Origin: Trichosphaerium sp. ATCC 40318
Taxonomy: Eukaryota; Protista; Tubulinea
NCBI GenBank assembly: GCA_038496445.1
Contig: JALMLS010000310.1
Coordinates: 248,001 to 312,000, forward strand
DNA length: 64,000 nucleotides
Direction: 5' to 3'
The notes under the pieces were generated by a model. That model ran no database searches. It had not been told where the DNA came from and worked only from the letters and a program-made list of their open reading frames with translations. Below are positions 10,701 through 24,145 of the stretch, piece after piece (positions within the stretch are counted from its first letter, which is position 1; the number at the start of each line of letters is the position of its first letter). A program made the translations under genes and the position numbers.

Positions 10701-13700
10701 CGTTGTGATCCCTAAGCAAGGTTTTTGTTAGCATTCAAGAACTGCATAACGTTCATTACCTTGAAAGCTCTTCTGATAAGTTCAGAGTTGAGTACCATTT
10801 GTGCGTTTGTTATGAGAGGTCCTGGTTGAGAAGGAGGTGCAACATCAGCAATGTTGAGACGAAGTACTTGATCAGTAAGAGTAACACAACCTCCCTACAG
10901 TTTGATGTCAATCACGTGATCGTAACGTTTTGAGATATAAGATACTTACGGGAGGGATAGGAGGGAAAGATAGAGCTCCACCTTGAGGTAATATACCCTT
11001 GAGATTTGTGGCAAAAGCGCACATTCCACCAGGTAGAGTTAATCCACCAACATTTCTAACAACAACGTTTTTGATCTGTACTTCCCTTTGTGGCTCAAAG
11101 ATACCATCTCCAATAGCATCTACAACCTCAAAACTCTCGAATTGAGGGTAGTACAAGGATGCGCTTGTCTCTAGAATGCCACCCTAGAACATCTTGAGAA
11201 CAAAATATTCCAAAAAAAAAGTACTTGAGGTCCCATTACTGAGAAGGAGGTATGCGCGTCTCTACCAGAGCGCCCGTTAGTGCCACTAATATAGAGTTAA
11301 CATCAGGACCAACATCTTAGGCTGGTATTTATAAGCTACCTTGTTCCACTGTTTCCGGAGCGACCGCTCGATCCTCTTTGACCACTTCTTCCTGATGACC
11401 CAGAACGACCACTCTTGGATGTTGTTCCTGTTCCGCTTGGAGCAGCTACACAAAAAGTTAGCATTATCAATTGTCCCTAACTAATAGACTTACGCTCAGT
11501 CCATCTTCCAGCACTTCCACCACTACCAGCACTACCTCCAGAACTAAAAACAAACCTTTAATATAAAGGGAGATGGCTAACTCAAGTGTACCCTCCAGAG
11601 CCACTGTTACCTCCACTACCTTTGCTACCTGCGTGTCCTGCTCCACCACCAGAGTAGTTACATCGTAGAAGCATGAGTAGTCTTGGATCATTTGCTGTGA
11701 CATTAATAGGAGCGGCATCACCGCCGTTTCCTCCGCTTCCTTTAAAGACAATTCAATAAAAGTCAGAGAAAAATGATGTTTTGTACCGCCTCTTGCTCCA
11801 TTTGCGCCACTGCCTCCAGAACCACCGCTATCGAACATGTTAAGAAAAAACATATGATGAAAGCTACTGGGCTTACTTTCCGCCGTCTCCACCGCGTCCC
11901 TAGATAAAACTTAGATAATAAAAACATACGTTTAGGTACATACTCCGTCTGGATTTTGCCTTCCGTTGCCGTTGCCACCACGACCACCTCGGCCACCATA
12001 GCCCTGAATAAACAGTCAATAGACACTCTCAAAAATGTTTTTCACTTACACCACTGCCGCCTTTGCCTCCTCTACCCTAAAAAACAAGGTTAGTCAAAAA
12101 GAAATGCTAAAAAAGGAAGAAAGGATTTTTCTTACTCCGTAGCCTCCATTTCCTCCTAAACATTTAAAATTAATACACGTGGTGAACATCCAAAAAAAAT
12201 TATGTACCATGGCCGCCATGGCTATCAAGGAATATTAAACTATCTTGGATAGAGCATTCAGGTATCTCAATGGATGCTTGTTCTACACCATCCATGTTTA
12301 AGATCATACTACCATCAGGTTGAACGCCCTTGTAAATAGTTAATAGATGTCAAGTTCACACATTGTCGTTAGAGTACTCACATGAGAAGATATTGTGATG
12401 TCTATTGCTCTGCCGTTTTGAGCTGACTCTCCATCACCTCCTGAAGTACCTGGCTGACCGTCTTGACCATTTTCTCCGTTGTCTATGTTAAAAGTTTACT
12501 TTTGACTAGCTGCTAAATTTTGTACCTCCTCTTCCGCCAGCTTGACCAGGGCCACCGTCATTACCTTGTCTTCCATTTCTACCAGATTTTCCGTCTTTTC
12601 CTGAGCAAGTGTAAATTATAAACTAAAACCACGTGTAGAGTTTGTACCATGTCGTCCATTGTCACCAGATCTTCCACTCTGTCCACTATAGTTCAAGTGG
12701 AAAGTAAAATCCTCAGGCACTGAAATTGATGCAGGCACAACTTTAACAGTTCCCTCAATAATAGTAATAACACGTGGCATTAATCCATCTGACTTTACTT
12801 GCTTTATGTACTTTGGATCAACACCTAAACCCAAAATTAATCCCTAAATAAAGCATCAACATTACCTATGGCAGGAACTTTTTCATAAACATTTAGCTTT
12901 CCCCAAGGAACATTAACATCATTGGCGAACTTTGCCATTGCAGCTTCTAAAGTTCTAGATATGACACGCGCTTGTTGCTACATAAAATCAGTACAAGAGA
13001 ACGAGGAAAACGAATTTCTTCGAAAAAAACAAGAAACAAAAAAGTATCGTACTTTGATAAAATCCTGTACTGGAGGGTCTGACGCGGTACTATTTGTGTA
13101 AGTAGGTTAATTTGTCCTTCTCTTTCAAATCTAGAATCCATATCGACGACATAAGGCGTGACAACGTTATCTAGTGATTATTAAAGCGAGCTTGAGAAGA
13201 AACTCAACTCACCTTGAACCTTTTCAAGTAAAATCTCCATTTCGCCAATTTTTTGATCACTGATCAGAGTTCTGCTGTTATATACCTCTACAACTGCTCT
13301 GCACATCCTATCTGGTATGATAGAGGAAGATTCATGCTTCCAAATAAAGTTGGAAGCGAAATCTTCTGAACTAAAGAATTTTCTTGTCAGATTATCTGAA
13401 TTTTATGAAAATTATTCGTACGGCTTTCTACCAAGTACAGGCGTTGTTATTTTCTTTTGTGGTTGCGTACAAAAATGCCATGTCGCATAATATTCTAACA
13501 AAGAGAAAGATGGTTAACCTCAGAGCAAGAAAAAAAATCAAAAAGAAAAACAATATCTTACTTTGAGTTGTTGGTCTCTTGAAATTAGCTTCATTGATTA
13601 ACAAGTACATCAAAGATGCTCCTGCCTTACTCTTTGGCTAAAAGGTATGAGGTGAGACAAAACAGTAGAATGATTGAAAGAATCATACGTACCATATCTG

Positions 13701-14489
13701 GCGGTATAGTAGATGTAATAAAGCGAGTTGATACTAGTACTTTAGCCCCAGAATCGCCAAAAACGTGCCTGTCAAAGAAAAACCGTTGTTAGAAGAAATA
13801 CCACAAAGGCACGATGTGAACGTTGGAAGTGTTTTTTTAAGTACGTACCATTGGCGATAAACTACATTTGGTTTGAAAGATGAAAAGGGAAGATCTATGC
13901 TTGCTAGCGTAGATAAACCAAACGTTTTCTTGAACTAGCGCGTGGTTAGAGTGTCAATAATTCTAGTATAAATCCAAAAATGCTTTTGTTGAACTAAAAG
14001 CGTACTCTTAATTGTAGTTTGATATCCTTCTCTCCTTTCGTGTCCTGGAAGCTGTATGTTGTTTCTCCCCATATTGGTGAAGGCTAAATACAGTTTTTAG
14101 TGACAATGAAGCCAAGTAAAGCCGCAAATCACGCATGAGTACGTCTTTTAAGCGTAACTAAGCGGAAAAACTTTTTGAATGCTTTATAGCTGAAAAAGAA
14201 AGCATTGACGTACACCAGCAGATAGTCGTGTGGCTACGACTGTGTCCAAAAACATTATTCTAACATTCCACTTTCTACCTGGCTCTACTCCAGAGCCACA
14301 AATTACGCGTAAGGCGAGACTACCTGTGGGCGTTTCACCAGTGGACTTGGTTTCGAGAGCAGTAACCTCTTCTGGTGGGGATTCGTCAACATTTGGCTCT
14401 GTAGAGCTCTCAGCGCTCTCAGCGCTCTCTGGTGTTTCTTCGATGCTCGAAACATGCTCTTCAGAGCTGTTGGGCGTTGGTTCAGCCAT
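7756..14489 (-). CDS. large uncharacterised multi-exon protein: C2-like N-terminus, collagen-like/Gly-rich repeats, DAIGDGIFEP Ig-like domain, Gln/Pro-rich tail
   Basis: Exons join in frame from MAEPTPNSS (14489) through G-X-Y repeats (GQSGRSGDNGRHG, GKSGRNGRQGNDGGPGQAGGRG), GGRGGxGG repeats, VDAIGDGIFEPQREVQIKNVVVRNVGGLTLP and WLKIIT-LGLNPRVWDVDMYNG to the stop at 7756. Resembles an uncharacterised Gly-rich fungal/amoebal family (recalled, not verified). One probable missing G at 12842-12844. Not every junction was checked; could be two genes. Confidence 0.65.
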
Positions 14490-15299
14490 TTCTGGTTTGA
14501 CTATTTAGGAATAATTTCAAAGCCGCTACAACTTCCCCAATGTGTTGATAGAATCGCTATGAAGCCGCATCGATATTCTAAAGCTTATTCTGTGAACATA
14601 CAGCTAATGGTATTGAAACACTCAAGTTTGGAAATTTTGGGTGCTTTTTGAGTAGTTTGATGGATAACACCGCCCAAGCGAGAACAATCAAGGAGTGCAT
14701 GTTTGTTTTCTGCGAAGGAGTGCAATGCAGCTATTCTAACTTCATTTTAACCACTTACCAGGACATTAAATACATTGTCCTGTCTTTGGGCAACAACAAA
14801 GGAGGGTTAGTTAATGATCCTTTGGCAGCCGTGGGTGTGATACCACAGCGCCGTACCAAGACAATTCCAAACAAAAAGGTTTTGTTCGGTTTAGCCGTTT
14901 GCCTACCTAACAGTCGTTACAAGCCGAAACCGTTTTCATAACATCACTAACAAAATCCAGGTAGAATAAGATTAGAAATCACTTGTTGATTCTCGAACCT
15001 AACTTGCCACTGAGCAGAAGTACCAAAAAACAGATTTTGTGGAGGCATTCAAAAGTTAAGAGGATCCTAAATGTTTTGTTCACGGACTACTAGCTTTAAT
15101 ACTCGTTTGAAAGAGATAACAATACTACTATTCACATACGTGCCTAAGTACACCAAGTTAGAATACCATCACCTTCGCCATTACTCTGGCATCAATTCAA
15201 TGAAAGCAATTAATGTAGTTCTCCAATTTAAAGAAATTAAGAGTTAATTTCGCTTAACAAGCTTGTCAAAGCATCAAACACACTACCAAGTCAACAACG

Positions 15300-15485
15300 A
15301 TGATAATACGCTATGGAGGCCTTTGTAGAGCTGGTAAAGTGAAGAACTCGACGCCAATAATCGAAAAAAAAGAAAAAAGACGTGGAAAGAATGGTAGAGC
15401 TAGTAAGAGACGTCAATACAATAAATTTCTTCTTGAAGAACGCAAAAGAGAGCGCGTAATGGCTGCCATCAATTTCCGAGAGTAA
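15300..15485 (+). CDS. RPS30: divergent 40S ribosomal protein eS30-like, intronless, no ubiquitin-like fusion
   Basis: YGGLCRAGKVKNSTPIIEKKEKRRGKNGRASKRRQYNK aligns with the eS30 consensus [40 protein letters not shown]; start context acaacgATG. Confidence 0.75.
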   Translation: MIIRYGGLCRAGKVKNSTPIIEKKEKRRGKNGRASKRRQYNKFLLEERKRERVMAAINFRE

Positions 15486-15676
15486 CCACAGTACAGTACT
15501 GTGAGAACCATCATAACGGGTGTACGATAGAGGAAAAACCAACTAAAAACGGCTTTATAGCCACAAGAATGTACAACAGAGCATCAAATGCAATAAACCA
15601 GCGCCAAACGTATTATTATAAGTATTTATAATCTGTAAATTTAGAATCAAAGTATAAAGGGCTCCAACGGCCTGTA

Positions 15677-17953
15677 TCAACTGACACTCGCTAGATCTGG
15701 ATTAATAGAACCATATCGAGGCTTAGACTTAGTTCTACGCTTCCACAAATACAATCCGATACATCCTAGTACGCCAAACAACACAAGGAAGCTGAGAACA
15801 ACCGCAGCGGCTACCACTTCAGCTGGGATAAAAAATCAAACAAGAATTTGACTTTGAAAAAATACGTACCCATTGAATGTGCTCTTACGGAACACAAATC
15901 ACCTTTCCAACCGACAATACATTTGCATGTCTTTGTTAGTGTACTATTATGAACTAGGGCCATTTCACAAGAGCCATATTTACTGTCTAATAAAGTGTAA
16001 GTCAAAACTTTAATAAAATCCACAAAATCCAAAAAAAAAAAATTACGCACTGCAGCCATATGGTTTTGAAAAGCATTGGCAGCCTCCCTTTCCATCTTCT
16101 GTACATCCATCTAATAGTATGTTATAAAGCTAAAACAATATGGAACTTGGTACCTGAATCAAAGCAATCGCTACATGTATTACACTTACACACAGAGCAT
16201 CCTGATTGAAGTTAACAAGGATCTAATTGGACTGTTTTAAGATTGGGTACCAGTGCTTGCAATACACGTGATAGACATATCTGGTGTTGACGTAGATTGT
16301 GCTCGTGAATTAGATAAACTAACTTTAGCACCAAGAGTGTAAATATCAGATCCTTTAGGTGCATAATTTCCATTCACTAAAAGTACTTAGGCTTGGAAGC
16401 ATGGTCACTATTGTCAAGGTGCTGTATGAATCAAACGATTCAGACAGAAAATCTACTTCGTCATAGCCAATCGCTACGGAGTAGTACAGTCACGTGCACT
16501 AATCACACATTCGAAAACAATAACTAGAGCGTACTATTTGTCGAATTTATAGTAACGGATGTATTAGCTACGTATACAGCACCACCAAGTTCAGGAACAC
16601 TACATGATATTACAATAAATAATAATTAGTTCATACTCACGTGTTATTATTGAACAGAGCCCCAAAAATCATTGTTTGAGTACCACCTTGTATAAACAAG
16701 CCTCCCTTATTTTTGTTAACAAAAGTCATTGATTTCTGTTGTTTGGTTGGATCTGTACCCCACAATTTCCTGCGTTGTTTTCAGCAAACACAGTATTCAT
16801 TATACTGGCGTGTTGGTTCAAACTTCCTTGTAAAGCTACAGCACCACCATCTCCAGTTGAATTGTTTTCGAAAAACATTGAACCAACGATAGATAACCTC
16901 TGTGACGCCATGTATAGTGCCGCACCACGAACAGCCTAGATTATTCATCAATAAGGTACCATACAACATGATAATTTGAAGGCATTAGCAAAGTGACTCA
17001 CCTTATTACTAGAGAAAGTACAGTTTTCGAGTCGAAGTTGGCCAAAGTCTTTTGTAGCAGGAAAATTACCTAAAGTTGTTGTGAATTGACAGTAATAACA
17101 CCTAATTCAGAGTATGTCGTACCTACAGCTATAGCACCTCCGGTTTGCGCTTCACAACTACATCGAAAGGGTAAACACAAAGAAATACACACGTGAAATG
17201 AAACTTACTTAGAAAATTCTGAATTAACCACGTGAACAATGGTTCCCAGAAAGCGTAGAGCGCCTCCAGCTGTGCGATTGGGAGAGCCACAGCTATCAAA
17301 AAAGAAATCTACAATGAACGTAAGAGAAAAACAATTTTAGTATGGTTTTTGCCTGCAAAGCGACACAACTGTTTCTTTCTGTTGAAGCGAACCTGTTAAT
17401 ACGAATAATGGACTTGTTGGTATTTCTGAAGCATCCAGAGCGAAACCAAAATCATTTAGAGCGCAAACAATGTGTACAGGCGTCCCAGGGATAGAACTAC
17501 GTATAACGAGCGACTGTGGTGTATTTCTATTTTGAATAGTTAAGAATTGGGAAACAGGTTTACTTCTTTCGTACACGAGCGAAATGTTAACATTGTTGAC
17601 ACCAAAATACGATGCTGTTGGCTCTACATCTATCTCCACGTAAAAATAAGCACCTCCTATAAACATCTGTTTAGATACATTAATAATACAATAGAACGTA
17701 CTGTTCATGACATTCAGAGCTCCTTGTATTGTCTGACAAGCGCTACATCAAATTAGAAGTATGTATACATTTCATTTGTCTAACCTGACACTTGAACCGC
17801 AAGTGTCACTCTAATTAGTTGTCAGTATGATTATCATCAACATTTACGTACATCACTACCGTTGACAGCATTTACATTTATTACGACACTGAAATCGCAT
17901 TTACAACCAAGCAATAAACATATAAATACAACTAAAGCTGCAGTTCGCAGCAT
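15677..17953 (-). CDS. type I membrane protein with Pmp/pectin-lyase-like beta-helix repeats, EGF-like domain and TM helix
   Basis: Signal peptide MLRTAALVVFICLLLGCKC; GGA(I/L/V) and FxxN motifs (AGGALRF, TGGAIAV, FENNSTGDGGAVAL, FAENNAG, LGGAVYV); CKCIVGWKGDLC; TM VVAAAVVLSFLVLFGVLGCIGLYLW followed by KRR and a YGSI motif. Confidence 0.8.
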
Positions 17954-18138
17954 GACTGATGTTTTAGTACGAATGAGCGTGACTTTTTGTGAAGTTTCTT
18001 TATCACTTACGGAACTTTAGTTCAACCAATACTGCGCAATCATGGGCGCATAGCGCATGGATTCTCCTACAATAACATACTACTATCCTAATTGGTAACA
18101 ACGTCACAACAATTCCCAGTAACTACGCTGTACGGTAC

Positions 18139-21100
18139 TATGGCCGAAAACACAAGTACTCTGCGGCAGCTTGCTAAAAAAGCTGACAATTTCGCAAAAC
18201 AAGTTCTACAAAGCTTTTCTGACGCAACAAAAGAATGTACAGGAAGCTGCAAGTCGTTCTTGGATGGTGTATTGCAAGTAACAAGCCAAACACTCTCCGC
18301 TACGACCAGAATAGTAACGTCTGATATTATGGACCCGTTTAATGATCAAGGGGACATTATTTTGGCTCTCTCGGATATTTTTGATCTTTTGGTGCGCTGC
18401 AATGACACGCTATCAAGAACGAGCGAAACTGGACATACACATCTTTTTATAAACGCCAAGAGATCACAACGGCTTTTTAAAACTAAACTAGTTGATTTAT
18501 ATTTTGCTATCATTTCAATGCGTCGCGATATTTGGGCTTTTTTGCTCTCCTCACAGCAAGATATTGCACTATGGTTCACCCCAACACTACCTAAATACGC
18601 AAGACACATAAAACAACCTGATGCAAGACGTTTCTGGAGGGATAAACTCGGAGAAGAGGCACGTGAAATTATTCTTACTTTTTTTTTGAAAGTTTTTGCC
18701 AACGTACACATTCTTGATTTGTAATTTTCCTTCTTTTGTAGTACCCTGCTGTACGATGGAATACGTTTGCAAGGGAGATATATAAAGAGAAGATTATAAT
18801 GGAGTTACCTAAACCACTACAGCAAGAGTTTATAGGTTGTTTGAAGTATATTCTGGGTACAACCTTTTTTTTTTTTTCAAAAAACAGAAAAAGATTACTT
18901 GAAAATACCACCTAATTTTTTCGGCTTTTTCCTTCGTCGGACGGAAAAGTTTTGCAAGTCGTAAAATAATGCTCTCTTAAAATTTATTTATAGACTATGA
19001 GGATATTGACGTTGTACATATATGGGATTTTGGAGCACTAGTAGATAGTTTTGGAGACTTTTCTCGTTCTTTTGTGCCAAAAATTGTTGAAGTCTTATCA
19101 GCCGAGTACGAGCGCTAGTTCGCTTTATTTAGCGTAAGATACACGTTTGACATATATTGTAGGTGGTTTTGTGGCTTTACGTGTGATAAAGAAGCAACTC
19201 ATTTTCTTTATGATTCCAGGGTTGCACAAGGCACTTTTATTATTGGTTTCAATTGTCAAGACTCGAGGCAGTACCTAGTTAGTAAGTGAACCTTGAGTAA
19301 ACAATTTATAAATATTTGTTTTCCAGTTACCAAAAGGGGAAACTTTCAGCTGAATCAACTTGTTTTCGATTTTTTTGTCCCTGTTCCGACATTTTGCTCT
19401 AACTAACTTTTACCGTTAGGCTACGTACAAGAGGATGAAACTATAAAGTCTGAAGTGCTTCGCGTTGTAAATAAAGGCGAAGGGTTGTGTTATGCTTCAG
19501 ATAGCTCTGAAAGTATTATAGCTAGCTCTATTGTTCATTATGTGCACGTTACAGCGCACTTAAAGCAACAATTACAGATTCCAACGGTTATAAAAAAGAG
19601 GTACACTAAAGGATTTTCTCAGTTTTTTTCTCACTTTTATTGTTAAGTTGGTTTCACGGTTTTTTAAGCACATACGAAGCTCATTTATTGTTATTGGAAG
19701 CTTCAGAAGGCACTTATCTATTAAGACTAAGTTCAGTACCTGGTATGTCCTAGCAACGCTGAAAAACGTTTTTTTTTTGGTTCAAAAAAATGCAATTAAT
19801 TGATTTTAGGTTTGTATTCTATTTCTCAAGTATATAAAGGTGCCCCTAGGCATGAACGTATTAAACCTTCTAAGAAATCGGTACGATATTAAGTAATCTC
19901 GTTGTCAAGAAAAGAAAGCTGATTTCTTATCCGTTGAAAGGGTTTTATTATCAGAAATGTAAGATTTAACTCTCTTGGAGAGTTTATTGGTAATAACAAA
20001 GATTTACTACAGTATCCTGTTTCCCACTCTGTATATAGACTTTCTCAGGTTCGTTGTTTTAAAGTGACATAAAATACAGACAAACACTTCCTTGTGAAGT
20101 ATAATTTTAAACACCAGATTAATGGATTTTTTTAGGATAGTATTGAATCTGCTTCCCACATTGCACTAAGTGTACAAGATACTCGTTTATCCATAGATAT
20201 TAATGAAGAAAACGATAATCAAAGATATGCTTCTTATGCATTTGCTAGTAATGTAAGTGAAGAACAAACAAATCATTTATGACTTTTATGCTCGGCTGAT
20301 ACTATTATCAGCAAAAAAAGATTGTTTGTAGGATGCCAGATGCTACTTTACATACTATGTCAGCAGCATATAATATTACTATACGTGATGCTCTTACTCC
20401 GATATGCGCATCTCTCGGTTAGTATAAGCAGCCTTCTTTGTTGCGAAACTTAATACCAAAAAAGTATGTACTTATGCCTTTCTTCAGATATTGATCCAGA
20501 ACACTTCTTGGCTACTACACCAGCTGGTCATGTAATAAATTTATCCACCGCTATTGGTAATTTAAACGATGATTTAATATACTTCGACACACCAGGTTAG
20601 TAGCCACGAACTTTTTTCTTTTTTTTCTTATTTCTTTCTTGTTCTCTCATTTGTTTGCCTTGATGTTAATTCTTTTCTTGGGGTTAGTGAATGTGGATAA
20701 CTTTTTATCAATTCATATTGCTGGTACAATTCATACTGTTAAATATAAAGATAATGAAACTCTTGGTGAAGTATTAACACGTCTTATTACTGATAAGAAT
20801 ATACCAGAAGATAAAAGTACGAAATTATCCATTTAACTTTCATCTACTTGGACCACATTATTTTATCTTGCTTTGAATACCTAAAGATGATATCGTTATA
20901 GGTCGTAAGCCACGTAATATGGACGGGAATGAGCTATCAACTGATAAAACGATGAAAGAGCTAAGTCTCTTAGAGATGCTTTATGATCTTCCTTCGGCTA
21001 TTCCAAGACTTTCTCTTGATGCGTTAAATGCATTTAATGAAGAACTGAATAGTCCTATATCTTCTCCTACAGAAGATAACCCAAGATCATATCGTTCATC

Positions 21101-21658
21101 AGCCAAAAGTTTTCGATTTTTTTCGAAAAAAAAAAGTCTTCGTGCGATGACACCCAAGTCTTCAAAATCTCCTAGGGCAGCTCATAAGAATACAGTAAAT
21201 CGTATGAGACGATCTCATACTATACAGAGTGGATCACCACCAACTGAAGCGTCATTGGGTACAAAAACATCAAGTTTATTCAACTGTTGACGTTCTTTTG
21301 CTTAGCAAACTCTATCATTCATTCTCAACCATTGTCCCTTGATAGTCAATCAAGGAATGTTAATAGATCTCCATTGAAAGTAAAGACAAGCCCAAAATCA
21401 TCTCAAAGAAGAGCAAAAGAGAAGAAAAGAATGAAAAAAACAAGAAAAGATTACACAACACATAATTTATTAGAAATGCACCAAATGTTCGTTGAAGGTG
21501 TTATAACAAAGCAAGAGTTTATAAAGATAAAAGGAGATATACTTAAACGTGCTTCTAAAGAACTTGGTATTGATAGTTTACCTCATGTAAAGAAGTTACT
21601 GGACATGAAACTGATATCAAAAAAAGAATTCTTGTGGTTAAAAAAAAAGATTATTTAA
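18139..21658 (+). CDS. SH2 adaptor: helical bundle + Cbl-TKB-like EF/SH2, second SH2, two Ras-binding (ubiquitin-fold) domains, two SHOCT-like motifs
   Basis: ARRFWRDKLGEE-YPAVRWNTF (Cbl EF region); WFCGFTCDKEATHFL...GTFII; WFHGFLSTYEAHLLLLEASEGTYLLRLSS; MPDATLHTMSAAYNITIRDALTPICASL (Raf-RBD-like); TVKYKDNETLGEVL; MFVEGVITKQEFIKIK and LLDMKLISKKEF. Confidence 0.78.
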
Positions 21659-22005
21659 AGAAAACTCACATGTTGTTTATTGTTTTATCACATCTAGAAT
21701 TACTAACACACTTGATGTCAAATGTCGTATAATGTTCCACCATACTCCAGAGTGAGTGTGTTAATACGTTTTATATAGCGTAGTGTTTAGTACGCGACAC
21801 AAAGTGACACATCTTCCATTAGCTCATGTGCTTTTAGGGAAAACTGAGTTGTCTTATTTCAAACTTACAACAACATATAAACACGTCCTGTGTTTCGTTA
21901 AAATGTTAGTTTTTGAGATTGATCAGGCCTGCTTATATTTTGTCAAAAATTATTGATTCTATGGGCTACTCTGTATTTGAAAAAAGAGAGATGCTAAGTA
22001 AGGTT

Positions 22006-23079
22006 TTATTGAGTTTCCATCCAATCTAATGCCAAAACTGGTGCACTTGAGTCTTCCCTTGCCATCTCCAAGTATACCATATAATCCTTATCTGCTACTA
22101 AGAGTTCAGCGAAGAAATACATTAGCGTTTTTGCTTTTTCTTTAGGCCAACTGAGCGCTTTAACTACACATTCAAACTCGTCCAACCCACAAGGAATTGT
22201 ACAGCTCTGAAAATAAGCAGAAGCTTGTTTTGGATACACATAAGGTTTAAAAGGATCAAACGCAGTCCTCATGGATAGTTTTGAGTTGAAAAATGTAGTA
22301 CCACGAGCATTACAAAAGTATGATTGCAAGTGGAACTCTTTAGAGGTATATTAGTACTAGCAACTTACATACAAAAAAAAAAAAAAACAAAACCGTATCC
22401 TCACCTACTGGTTCCATGTTGAGACTTATCAATCGAAATGTAGTCAATATTACTCTTCTACTCTCTGTCAAGTCTATATGTACTGTTTCCTCCACTACGG
22501 TGTATGATGCAAGAAGGAACGTAAGGGCTTCCAAGTCATCCTTGAATTTTGGTTGAGACAACCAATTCTCAACTTGACAAACTATTGATGCTGTTGAAGT
22601 TACACCTTGATTTATACCCTTCGCATACTCAGCCGCATCTTTTTCATACCCTGACTCGGAAGACATTGCATCTACGACATTGTAGACAAGATTTGCAGCG
22701 AATTCAGCGGCGACAAAAGGAGTTTGTTTCCACATGACCAAAAACTTGTAGTCTATTGGTGGTTGCTGAGCTCTTTCACCCAATTTCAATACCGTGTTGT
22801 AGAACGTTGGCCATTGTTCTTTTAGTATAGCACGCCATAAGCTATTTTCGCACGACACGTTATGTCTATGCTTAGGAATTAGTTTTTGTGTTTTGTTTCA
22901 TCTAACGCGCAGAAATCAGGCACGTACAAACGGGTAGATACTGTTGAAAGGCTTAATAGCGCATCGCGAGGTAAAATGGAACAAATTTGCACCAATACAG
23001 GGTCATCGAGTTGTAAGAGCGCAGTATCACAAGAACAGGGTTCAGACATTACTTTTTTGCTTGATCTGTGGTCAGCCAT
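22006..23079 (-). CDS. F-box protein
   Basis: LLQLDDPVLVQICSILPRDALLSLSTVSTRL followed, after an intron, by CENSLWR; three coding blocks. Confidence 0.75.
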
Positions 23080-23206
23080 TACGCGACTTTCATTGATTTT
23101 GTCACTTTCTTTCGTAACTCTGCAAATTCACGGAATCAAAAAGTACCTGTCTTAAGCTGTAGAATTGTGTTTCTTCTAAAAGAAGTGTAGAGAACGCCGC
23201 TAAAGT

Positions 23207-24145
23207 ATGTTTGCAAGTCTACCACCGGAGATTCATCACTATATTTCTGAGCTATGTATAGAAAACTCAAAACAGGTATAGAAACCACCTATAGCGCTTG
23301 GTTTTGCTCAGCGAAACTAATTTAACGCGTATTTAAAGGTTTACAAACAATACCCGTTGTTATGCAAATCAACCGCTGTTAGCACGCGCTTTAACTCGCA
23401 AATACAAAAGAATGGCTATTGGTATGGTGAACGAAAACCCATTGTTGACGTCGAATACATGGGCGTCGAACTTCCGACGTTGTTTACCAAGTGTCGGTTC
23501 GTAGACGGTAAAAAACAAGGCACTAGTAAACAATGGAACCTCGATGAAGAAGGCAATCGCTTTTGTTTGATTGAAGCGATGTATGAAGATGATAAACTAA
23601 ACGGAGAAGTCACCGTTTGGTACAATGATAAATTGAAACAGCAATCAATGAAGTATGTGAAAGGTGTATTAAATGGTTATTCTGTATCATGGCTACCAAA
23701 CGGTGCTAAATATATTGAGAATAATTGGAAGGATGGAAAGATGCATGGCCCGTATAAAAGGTATTTTCAAGCTAACGTTAAATTCGAGAAAGTTTTAAGA
23801 TTGCTCACTACAGCCTCTTTGATGGTTTTTACGTTTGAATTAACTTCCGTATTTCTTTTTCTTGAGGTCCATATCTTTTCATTCTTCGTGAGTTTATTTG
23901 TTGGTGTATTAACCGCATTTATCCAAAGGTATCACTACAATGGGACTCTAGAATTGGACTTTACCTACTATGAATATAAGAAACATGGAGAATTTTCTCA
24001 GTGGACATCAGATGGTTTTTTAGAATTGCACTGTTTTTACAACAAAGGAAAAGAGCATGGCGAGTATGTGCTAACAAATCCTGAAAGTGGTGATGTCATA
24101 CGTAGAAATTATGACAACGGAGTAGAGATAAAAACCACAAACTGA
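23207..24145 (+). CDS. F-box-like + MORN-variant (YwqK/MORN_2-like) repeat protein
   Basis: Exon 1 MFASLPPEIHHYISELC; repeats DGKKQG, DDKLNGEVTVWY, KGVLNGYSVSW, DGKMHGPYKRY, KKHGEFSQW, KGKEHG. One intron lies inside the long ORF (~23761-23928). Confidence 0.8.

Noticed and set aside
14659-14970. Possible spliced short ORF with plausible splice sites (MDNTAQARTIKE...)
   Set aside because: Yields under 50 aa with no recognisable motif; unsupported without RNA data.
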